IMG/VR virus record: IMGVR_UViG_3300034007_000002
Location: 1 to 37,729 of that record
Origin: a virus
Reading direction: 5' to 3' (one strand)
DNA length: 37,729 nucleotides
This document shows, piece by piece, positions 16,148 to 22,433 of this stretch. Within the stretch, counting starts at the first letter, position 1. Each line of letters opens with the position of its first letter. Below the pieces are notes generated by a model that saw only the letters and a list, made by a program, of their open reading frames with translations, was not told the origin of the DNA and ran no database searches. The position numbers were made by a program, and so were the translations under genes.

Positions 16148-16211
16148 TCCTACCCGGGTAGAATTAACCTCGAATTATTACCTGGGTAGGATTAGGGCTT
16201 AATTTCTACCC
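16128..16211. repeat. 33-bp inverted repeat (one mismatch, G-U compatible) around an 18-nt spacer
   Basis: The left arm GGGTAGAAATTAAGCCCTAATCCTACCCGGGTA (16128-16160) pairs with TACCTGGGTAGGATTAGGGCTTAATTTCTACCC (16179-16211). Confidence 0.9.
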
Positions 16212-16213
16212 AA

Positions 16214-16241
16214 TTGACAGGATTTAGATTGGCGTTAGACT
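16214..16241 (+). promoter_or_regulatory. Promoter TTGACA-16-TAGACT
   Basis: TTGACA at 16214-16219 and TAGACT at 16236-16241. The -10 context TTGGCGTTAGACT is identical to that at 13033-13045. Confidence 0.55.
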
Positions 16242-16247
16242 GCGATT

Positions 16248-16506
16248 ACAGAAGCGGCGGGTGTGGCCCTGGAAAGTCAACACCCGCCGCGAGTCAAACC
16301 AGGACTTTTGACAGCCCCGGCTCGTTTGCGAGTGTAGCGAGAACCGACCCGGGGCGCAACAGCCATGAAGGCCGCCCCGTGATGGCGCTCTCTAGTAGGG
16401 CGTCGGCTGAGCCGTAGGTTTAGGTTTCTCGCGCACCGCTTTGCGTGAGATGGCAGGGCGTTCGTCGTCGGGGGTCACGGCCCGACGGCGGACGCCTTTT
16501 GCTTTT
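16248..16506 (+). ncRNA. Candidate structured RNA or attenuator leader of about 260 nt between promoter and terminator
   Basis: No convincing ORF. There is an 11-bp perfect stem, GCGGCGGGTGT...ACACCCGCCGC, at about 16254-16290. Nested CCCCGG/CCGGGG helices follow, and the region ends in the strong terminator at 16457-16506. Confidence 0.35.
16457..16506 (+). terminator. Strong rho-independent terminator
   Basis: A 16-bp stem pairs 16457-16472 with 16481-16496 (two G-U pairs) around an 8-nt loop, followed by TTTTGCTTTT. Confidence 0.7.
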
Positions 16507-16526
16507 GACGGCGGCCGGTATCACGC

Positions 16527-16859
16527 ATGAAAAACCCCTTTCAGAACGGTTCGCTACGTTACGTCGAGGCGAACGGCGTCCGCTTTACTCGATCCGTCTG
16601 CGGGTACTGCGGTCTTCCCTGTGTCTACCTGGGGGAGGCCATCCGCATCGACTTAGCCGAGGGCGGCTTCCAAATCCTCCACGTCTGCCTCCCCTGCCGA
16701 CGGCACCTGTGTTTAGACCTGCGGGGGTTATCGGACGCCGAAGTAGACCGCCTCGGATATCCCAGCGGGTATCCCAGCGGGTATCCCAACCGCTCGCCGA
16801 GAAACGAGCGCCACCTCGAAGAAGTGCACAGCCGGTGGGAAAGGAGACGTGCAGCGTAA
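16527..16859 (+). CDS. Zinc-ribbon protein (110 aa) with a GYPSGYPSGYP repeat, translationally coupled to the primase gene
   Basis: CGYCG...C...HVCLPC forms a four-Cys motif. Its TAA overlaps the primase ATG (TAATG). The alternative frame, the N-terminal extension of the 774-aa ORF, is Arg-rich and protein-unlike. There is no clear SD before ATG 16527. Confidence 0.55.
   Translation: MKNPFQNGSLRYVEANGVRFTRSVCGYCGLPCVYLGEAIRIDLAEGGFQILHVCLPCRRHLCLDLRGLSDAEVDRLGYPSGYPSGYPNRSPRNERHLEEVHSRWERRRAA
16756..16791. repeat. Tandem 12-bp repeat x3 (GATATCCCAGCG GGTATCCCAGCG GGTATCCCAACC)
   Basis: Read directly. It lies inside the zinc-ribbon ORF, about 70-100 bp upstream of the primase start. Confidence 0.9.
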
Positions 16860-18769
16860 TGGCTCAGCCCGCCACGGCCTTCACGAAGCAGGACGCGAAG
16901 AGGGACCGCCAGACTTACCAGCGGCTCGCCGGCATCGTTGACCGCCTCCTGCACCGTGACATCCAACGCCTCGACGAAGAGACGGCGCGGAAGTTCTTCA
17001 AGTCGTCGGTCTTCGCCACCATCCACAGCCTGCACGGATTCCTGAACGGCCGCGAGGTCTCGCACGACAGGCCGGTGATGAAGGCTCACAAGTTCGTCGT
17101 CGAGCACTTCGGCTACCGCGGCGACCGCGAGAACGACGCGGCCGTCGCGCGCTTCATGGCGCGCCACCTCTCGGGGCTGGCCGACGCGGAGAGGGCCGTC
17201 GGGCACCGGTACGTCACCGTCCGCCGCGCCGACAATCAGACCCAGCTCTTCACCAGCTACGAGGGCACACCGCTGCTCGACGCGGCCGAGTGGGTCTACT
17301 TCACGGCGCGGCAGAAGCCCGACTACTGGAAGAACCCGGCGGCGGCCGTGACGGACGATTTGCTCGACGCCGCGCTCGCCAAACTCCCCGAGGTCAAGAC
17401 GCGGGACGACTCCATGCCGTGCGGTCATGCGCCCGAATCCGGCGAGTGCGACGAGTGCGTGCCTAAGACCTTCTGCGGGCATCCTTCGGGGTCGGGCCAG
17501 TGCGAAGAGTGCGAGAAATGGGAGGCGGGCGACCTGATGAACGATTCAGTCGTCAAGGGCATGTGGACGAAGATAATAAACGCCGCCGAGCGGGCGTTAA
17601 TCAAGGAGTTCGATTCCGGCGCGGACCCGGAGCTGGCCGCCGCCAAACACGCCGCGAAGATTATCGAGATGGGCAAGCATATCAAGGAGAAGCTCGCCCG
17701 CGAGCGGCTTCGGGCGGCGATGATGCCTGCGCGGCGACATGACGAGGAGGACGAGGACACGCAAACGACGCACAGTGGTAAAGAAAGTGTTACCTCAAAC
17801 GCGGGGGGTACCCCTGACAAATTTGTCAGGGTACCCGATGATTATGTAGTTGAACCGGTTGAGGTTACTGAACCGGCCGCAGAGGATTTACCCGAAATTC
17901 AGCGCAACGCGCTCGAATACGCGGCGGCGGGGATCGCCGTCCTCCCGCTGTGGGGGGTCGCGGACGCGATTTGTGATTGCCCCGCGGGTTCGGAGTGCCG
18001 GACGGCCGGGAAGCACCCGCACAGCCAGCTCGCCCGGAACGGCGTCTACTCGGCTACGATCGACGGGCAGGTCATACGCGGCTGGTTCAAGAAAGACCCG
18101 CGGATCAACCTGGGGGTTGCGATGGGCGGCGCCCTCAACCTCATCTGCGTAGACATAGACCCGCGCAACGACGGCGACGCCTCGTATTCAGATTTGATAG
18201 ACGCCCACGGCGAAGACGCCTTTCCCGAGACGTTCACCGTGAAGACCGGCGGGGGCGGCTGGCACCGCTACTACAGGCTCCCCTACACCATCAAAGCCGA
18301 GAAAGGCGAGCTAAAGGGAAAGCTCGGCCCCGGCATCGACATCAAAGGCGCGGGCGGGCAGATAGTCGCGCCCGGCTCAGTTCACTCAAGCGGCGCTTCC
18401 TATCAGGTCGAAACTAACGCCTACATCGTGGAAGCCCCGGAGTGGATGGTAAACGTCCTGCTCAAGTCGGCGTCCGGCGAGAAGCCCGAGGTCGTTGTTG
18501 ACTTTCAGGCGCACAGCGACCGGAAGCGCGCGGGGGTGGGCGGCCCAATCATCGTCGAGGGCGAGCGCAACGAAAGGCTCTTTAAGGTCGGGTGCGCGCT
18601 GTGGGGCAAGGGCGAAGTGGGGAGCCGGGGGGAGTTGTTACAGCGCCTCTCCGAAGTGAACCTCAAAAGGGTGTCACCCCCGCTCGACTCGGATGAGGTT
18701 TGGAAGATTGTTGAGAGCATAGTGAGCCGCTACGCCCTAGGCGTGCCGATTAAGGAAGGTGCCGCATGA
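16859..18769 (+). CDS. Bifunctional primase-polymerase (Prim-Pol domain plus PriCT-like C-terminus) with a roughly 330-aa N-terminal region of unknown type
   Basis: AAGGAG lies upstream of ATG 16859. Prim-Pol motifs are GIAVLPLWG...GKHP...NLICVDIDPRNDG...GGGWHRYY...GIDIKGAGGQIVAPGSVH. The C-terminus GERNERLFKVGCALWGKG...PLDSDEVWKIVESI is PriCT-like. Confidence 0.85.
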   Translation: MAQPATAFTKQDAKRDRQTYQRLAGIVDRLLHRDIQRLDEETARKFFKSSVFATIHSLHGFLNGREVSHDRPVMKAHKFVVEHFGYRGDRENDAAVARFMARHLSGLADAERAVGHRYVTVRRADNQTQLFTSYEGTPLLDAAEWVYFTARQKPDYWKNPAAAVTDDLLDAALAKLPEVKTRDDSMPCGHAPESGECDECVPKTFCGHPSGSGQCEECEKWEAGDLMNDSVVKGMWTKIINAAERALIKEFDSGADPELAAAKHAAKIIEMGKHIKEKLARERLRAAMMPARRHDEEDEDTQTTHSGKESVTSNAGGTPDKFVRVPDDYVVEPVEVTEPAAEDLPEIQRNALEYAAAGIAVLPLWGVADAICDCPAGSECRTAGKHPHSQLARNGVYSATIDGQVIRGWFKKDPRINLGVAMGGALNLICVDIDPRNDGDASYSDLIDAHGEDAFPETFTVKTGGGGWHRYYRLPYTIKAEKGELKGKLGPGIDIKGAGGQIVAPGSVHSSGASYQVETNAYIVEAPEWMVNVLLKSASGEKPEVVVDFQAHSDRKRAGVGGPIIVEGERNERLFKVGCALWGKGEVGSRGELLQRLSEVNLKRVSPPLDSDEVWKIVESIVSRYALGVPIKEGAA

Positions 18770-18903
18770 CCGCCCGCTTCTTCACTTCCTCGATAATCGG
18801 TTGTGCCTAAAAATAGTCCCTTGCCCAACGGAACGGAAGTCTTCCCAACAAAAGGTGAGGCCGCGCACGCCCCTCGCCAAGCTTCCGGCTAAACCAAAGC
18901 TCT

Positions 18904-18942
18904 CCAAAAAAAAGAAAGAAGCGGCGAGGGGTGGCTCGCCGC
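18904..18942 (-). terminator. Rho-independent terminator of the leftward Cys-rich peptide gene
   Basis: Minus-strand stem GCGGCGAG-loop-CUCGCCGC followed by UUCUUUCUUUUUUUU. Confidence 0.7.
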
Positions 18943-18960
18943 TCTCTCGGGGTCTGGATT

Positions 18961-19149
18961 CTACGGTGCTACCTGACTGGCGCAGGGGCCGCCCGTCGTG
19001 TCGTGAACGCACCAGTAGTAACAGGTCTTATCGGCACCGCAATAGTCGGCGCAACATTTGCTGGCCACCATAGCTGGACCGTCGTCGTCAAAGGGAACAA
19101 CGGACAGTAATGCGACGAGCATCGTGAGCAAGACGAGTCTCTTTTTCAT
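18961..19149 (-). CDS. Secreted Cys-rich mini-protein (62-aa precursor, 6 Cys)
   Basis: AAGGAG SD; signal peptide MKKRLVLLTMLVALLSVVPF, then ...KCCADYCGADKTCYYWCVHDTTGGPC.... Confidence 0.75.
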   Translation of the reverse strand: MKKRLVLLTMLVALLSVVPFDDDGPAMVASKCCADYCGADKTCYYWCVHDTTGGPCASQVAP

Positions 19150-19230
19150 TGAGGGCTCCTTTTGAGTGCTGAGGGTTGATGGGAGGCCGACGGAGTTGAG
19201 GCCGTCAACCGTGAATCGCCATACCCGGGC

Positions 19231-19259
19231 AGCTTAATTGTGGTCGCCGCCCCTGTCAA
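19231..19259 (-). promoter_or_regulatory. Promoter TTGACA-17-TAAGCT for 18961..19149
   Basis: Reverse complement of 19254-19259 is TTGACA, followed by a 17-bp spacer; reverse complement of 19231-19236 is TAAGCT. Confidence 0.55.
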
Positions 19260-19393
19260 TCTTTTACGCGAAGGACGATCGGCGTGAGGGTTCTGCCTAG
19301 CGAAACAATTTCCTGCCCAACAGAACGCCGGTCAGCTTGTCCCGTTAGGCAAAGCCGGTCGAGCCGTATCGCCGCCATACAACAGGCTGCCCG

Positions 19394-19422
19394 TTGACAG
19401 CCCTCCCCTCCCGGCGTATCGT
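19394..19422 (+). promoter_or_regulatory. Promoter TTGACA-17-TATCGT for 19497..19754
   Basis: TTGACA at 19394-19399 and TATCGT at 19417-19422. The leader resembles the one at 10417-10505. Confidence 0.65.
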
Positions 19423-19496
19423 TACCGCGTTCCTCGGTTGCGTTACGGTCCCTCAACCTCAACGGCTCCAGGCCACTCACGACGAAGGAGAACACC

Positions 19497-19754
19497 ATGC
19501 TGAAACATCCCGCGGGGCGACTCGCCCGCCGCCTCTCCGCCCTGTTCATGCTCGCCGCCGCCCTCACGACGCTCCTGTCAAATCCCGTTAGCCACCAAGC
19601 CGAGGGTTGGGCGGGCACTCCCGACTGGCCGCCGTGCTGTGGGTATACGTGTTCTCTGTCAATAGACGATGAGACGCAACAGTGCGTTATGACTTGCTGC
19701 CGGTGGCCGTCAGGCTGCATGACGGGCCCTTGCAGTCCAGAAGTGGAACCGTAG
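19497..19754 (+). CDS. Secreted Cys-rich mini-protein (85-aa precursor, 8 Cys), paralog of 10506..10700
   Basis: AAGGAG SD and a hydrophobic signal region. The tail CCGYTCSLSIDDETQQCVMTCCRWPSGCMTGPCSP aligns with ECVIICCDGSWCDGTPCP of the paralog. Confidence 0.8.
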   Translation: MLKHPAGRLARRLSALFMLAAALTTLLSNPVSHQAEGWAGTPDWPPCCGYTCSLSIDDETQQCVMTCCRWPSGCMTGPCSPEVEP

Positions 19755-19889
19755 GGCCCGATGACCCGGCGGCCGCGCTCCACGTGCCGATGCTGGGCGC
19801 GGCCCGACATCACAGAGCCCCACCTCTCATGTCACCGGTGACACCACAGACCTCTGGTCCGTAGTGTCAGGGGCCGGATAGAAGTAAAT

Positions 19890-19925
19890 GGGGGGGGCGG
19901 TACCTTCTGCGGTACCGCCCCCCCC
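19890..19925. terminator. Perfect 15-bp hairpin between convergent genes (likely bidirectional terminator)
   Basis: GGGGGGGGCGGTACC-ttctgc-GGTACCGCCCCCCCC. The flanking U-tracts are weak. Confidence 0.55.
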
Positions 19926-19947
19926 TCACCTTGTGCCGAAGCGGCCC

Positions 19948-20271
19948 CTACTGGCAGTAGAACAGGTCGGAGTAGTAGCCGGTCTCGCCGTTAGCGTCCG
20001 TCACGGTCACGGAGATGGTCCTGCTGATGCCGGAACATCCGATGCGCAGTGACTGCCCGCTCCCAGTAATCGGCGACGGCCCCCACGCATAGGTGTAAGG
20101 GGCCGTGCCCCCGTACACCTCGGTCGTACAGCGCAGTTGATCGTAGGCCAAGCCTATACAGTCTATACTGACGATTGGGCCTGTCCGGGCCTCGACAGGT
20201 TTGACCGGGGCGGCCAGCGGCGCGAGGGCGACGAACGCGAGGGCGAGCGCCAGAATCAGTTTATAACGCAT
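19948..20271 (-). CDS. Secreted single-domain Ig/SprB-repeat-like protein (107 aa), paralog of 9921..10277
   Basis: Signal peptide MRYKLILALALAFVALAPLAAP, then C-x10-C...YGGTAPYTYAW...VTDANGETG...C. Confidence 0.8.
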   Translation of the reverse strand: MRYKLILALALAFVALAPLAAPVKPVEARTGPIVSIDCIGLAYDQLRCTTEVYGGTAPYTYAWGPSPITGSGQSLRIGCSGISRTISVTVTDANGETGYYSDLFYCQ

Positions 20272-20342
20272 TGTGAGTCTCCTTGGTGAAGCGGACGTTA
20301 AACGAATGAGGTTGAGGGCCTCGCTTTAAAGGGAACGCGGGA

Positions 20343-20371
20343 ACGATACGCCCGGCGGTGGCGGGTGTCAA
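20343..20371 (-). promoter_or_regulatory. Promoter TTGACA-17-TATCGT for 19948..20271
   Basis: Reverse complement of 20366-20371 is TTGACA, followed by a 17-bp spacer; reverse complement of 20343-20348 is TATCGT. Confidence 0.65.
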
Positions 20372-20406
20372 CGATTAACCTTCCCCTCCCGAGCCGCCCG
20401 TCTCTC

Positions 20407-20415
20407 TGCTACACT
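20407..20415 (+). promoter_or_regulatory. Extended -10 element TGCTACACT upstream of hicB
   Basis: TGn-TAnnnT pattern with no clear -35. A near-identical TGCTACAAT occurs at 23230. Confidence 0.4.
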
Positions 20416-20471
20416 CCGCACTAAAGGCGACCATAGTACACGGCCGCTTAGTCTCAGGAAGGCAGGAAGCT

Positions 20472-20702
20472 ATGACCAGAACTTTAACGGCGACGATCTG
20501 GCGCGAGACGGACGGCTACGTCTCCCTCTGCCCCGAACTCGACATCGCCTCACAAGGGGATACGGTCGAGGAGGCGCGGGCGAACCTCCAGGAGGCGGTG
20601 GACCTCTTCTTCGAGGCGGCGGACGCCTCCGAGGTGGCCGAGCGTCTGAAGCCCGAGATGTACGTCACTTCGCTGGAGGTCAACGTTGGGGAGGCTGCGT
20701 AG
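20472..20702 (+). CDS. hicB: HicB-family antitoxin
   Basis: LTATIWRETDGYVSLCPELDIASQGDTVEEARANLQEAVDLFFE fits the HicB/UPF0150 N-terminal pattern. It overlaps the downstream toxin gene. Confidence 0.85.
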   Translation: MTRTLTATIWRETDGYVSLCPELDIASQGDTVEEARANLQEAVDLFFEAADASEVAERLKPEMYVTSLEVNVGEAA

Positions 20703-20910
20703 GCTCTCGGGGCGCGAGGTCTGCGCCATCCTCGCCCGCCACGGCTTCGCCGAGGCCCGCCAGCGCGGGAGTCACGTGGTCATGCAGAGGAGGACGGACC
20801 AGGGGACGGTGACCGTGCCGGTACCCCTCCACAACGAGCTGCGCACCGGCACGCTCCACTCCATCATCAGGCAGTCGGGGGTTCCGCGGGCGGAGTTCGA
20901 GACGGAGTAA
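20686..20910 (+). CDS. hicA: HicA-family mRNA interferase toxin (TTG start)
   Basis: LSGREVCAILARHGFAEARQRGSHVVMQR....VTVPVPLHNELRTGTLHSIIRQSGV fits the HicA/YcfA pattern. Confidence 0.85.
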   Translation: MGRLRRLSGREVCAILARHGFAEARQRGSHVVMQRRTDQGTVTVPVPLHNELRTGTLHSIIRQSGVPRAEFETE

Positions 20911-20976
20911 CACCTTCCCCGTCAACGGAGATGTCCCACTTTTGGGCACGCCGGCCTGAAATTCCCTCTCAAATCT

Positions 20977-21194
20977 TCTGACGCGAGTCTCTGACGCGGA
21001 GGCCGTTTTTTGACCTCTCTGACGCGCGTAACCCTCACGCCTAGAATCACTTACAGCCGAAAATTTTCGCGTCAGAGACTCGGGATGTTTTTTATTTCTT
21101 GTAAGTTAAAGCAAATACAAGACTTATGGCGCTAAAAATCCGCGTCAGAGAGCCTCGCTATTTTAGTTGTAATGCGTTAGAAAGTTCTGACGCG
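20977..21194. repeat. Array of six 9-bp repeats TCTGACGCG (extended consensus about TCTCTGACGCGGA)
   Basis: Forward copies at 20977, 20990, 21018 and 21186; reverse copies (CGCGTCAGA) at 21068 and 21141. All lie in a lower-GC stretch of about 620 bp with no convincing ORF. Confidence 0.9.
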
Positions 21195-21537
21195 GAGTGT
21201 TATGTGAAGTTCAGCAGCCGGGGTCGGGGCAGATGCAGGGTTGAAAAGTAGAGATTGTGCCGGAGCCGAGATCAATCGAAAGCCGTAGCAAATGACGGGA
21301 GAGTAATGCGGCTGTGACGTCCGGAATAACGCCCGAGTAACGAAGAAATAATGGCCATGAGGGTTGGTTATAGGAAAAAGCCGAAAAGGTTGACTTGGAT
21401 TCATGAGATTAGTGAGTCGATAATTTGCGTTGAAGCAGAAGTCGAGTGCAGAAGCTGTAGATGGTTGTTCCCGACATCCTACGGCTTCACGATCTAGAAC
21501 TAACCTTCAATTCTTACCCACCCCTCCCCGAATTATC

Positions 21538-21567
21538 TTGACTTCCCTTCCCTCATCAACGTATAAC
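21538..21567 (+). promoter_or_regulatory. Promoter TTGACT-18-TATAAC, 8 nt upstream of ATG 21576 (leaderless mRNA predicted)
   Basis: TTGACT tcccttccctcatcaacg TATAAC cacccgtt ATG. There is no SD. Confidence 0.55.
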
Positions 21568-21575
21568 CACCCGTT

Positions 21576-22433
21576 ATGAAGGCTTACAAGGATTTTGGCC
21601 TTAAAGAGAATCCATTCGTGCCGAGTCCGAACCCCCGGTTCCTCTACCTGACCGACCAGACGAATGCTTGCCTCTTCAAGTGCAAGTTTGTCATCGAGGA
21701 GCGGCAGGGACTCTCCCTCATCGTCGGGAAAATCGGCTACGGCAAGACTTCGGTGCTGCGCGAGCTCCTGAACGGGTACATCGACGACGAGACTTACAAG
21801 ATCGCGATGCTCCCGAACGGCAGCTTCCCTTCCGAGATGCAGCTCGCGAAGGCCATCTCCAGTGAGTTGGGGCTCCCGGGTCGCCGGTCATTACTCGCGC
21901 AAATAAATGAGATACGCGACTACGCTTTCCAGATTTACGGCGGCGGCGGGACCATCATTCTCATCATCGACGAGGCGCAGAATCTTAAGGGCGCTCAGTT
22001 CGATTTCCTCCGGGAATTGCTCAATTTTGAGAGTAACGAGGCGAAGACCATTCAGATCATCATCGCCGGCCAGCCCGAGATTGAAACCAAACTGGCGACC
22101 AAGCCCGCACTCGTCTCCCGCATCATCCTGACGAACTACCTGGATACCTTCACGTTCGAGGACATGGTGGCCGCCCTGGAGCACCGGATACGCCTCGCCG
22201 GGGGTAAGCTCGACATCCTCGGTGAGGACGCGTTGAAGGCTCTCTACGTCGCTTCCAGGGGCGTCCCGCGCGAGATCATGAAGATTGCCAACGCTTCCCT
22301 TCTCCTCGCGGCCGTCAACGAAACCAGACCGATCACCGACGGCATCATCAAGCTAGCGGTCGAGAACATTTTGAGCACGGAACGAAATGGAGAACCGGAA
22401 ACCACTGAACTTCGCGCAGGCGCTTCGCAGTAG
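21576..22433 (+). CDS. ExeA-like AAA+ ATPase (AAA_22 type; relatives include ExeA, TniB and MuB-like proteins)
   Basis: FGLKENPFVPSPNPRFLYLTDQ...LIVGKIGYGKTSVLRELL (Walker A) and IILIIDEAQNL (Walker B). Confidence 0.85.
   Translation: MKAYKDFGLKENPFVPSPNPRFLYLTDQTNACLFKCKFVIEERQGLSLIVGKIGYGKTSVLRELLNGYIDDETYKIAMLPNGSFPSEMQLAKAISSELGLPGRRSLLAQINEIRDYAFQIYGGGGTIILIIDEAQNLKGAQFDFLRELLNFESNEAKTIQIIIAGQPEIETKLATKPALVSRIILTNYLDTFTFEDMVAALEHRIRLAGGKLDILGEDALKALYVASRGVPREIMKIANASLLLAAVNETRPITDGIIKLAVENILSTERNGEPETTELRAGASQ

Noticed and set aside
16445-16858. N-terminal 138 codons of the 774-aa ORF, which would extend the primase upstream
   Set aside because: This part is extremely Arg/Pro-rich and protein-unlike. 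It overlaps a terminator and a better ORF in another frame, the Cys4 zinc ribbon. ATG 16859 has a proper AAGGAG SD and a TAATG coupling.
20977-21194. Short repeat arrays as a CRISPR array (also 16756..16791 and 22474..22839)
   Set aside because: The repeats are only 8-13 bp long, occur in mixed orientations with irregular spacing, and two of the arrays are intragenic. None has the 25-40 bp repeat-spacer periodicity of a CRISPR array.
21177-21404. The 75-aa minus-strand ORF in the repeat-rich intergenic region
   Set aside because: It has no SD, an odd composition, overlaps a repeat copy, and lies in the lower-GC stretch that otherwise looks regulatory.
21576-22433. A Mu-like transposable phage, with the ExeA-like ATPase acting as a MuB analogue
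   Set aside because: I could not recognise a DDE transposase, and no terminal transposase-binding ends are evident. The genome assembles as a circle, and it has a cos-type Nu1/GpA terminase.
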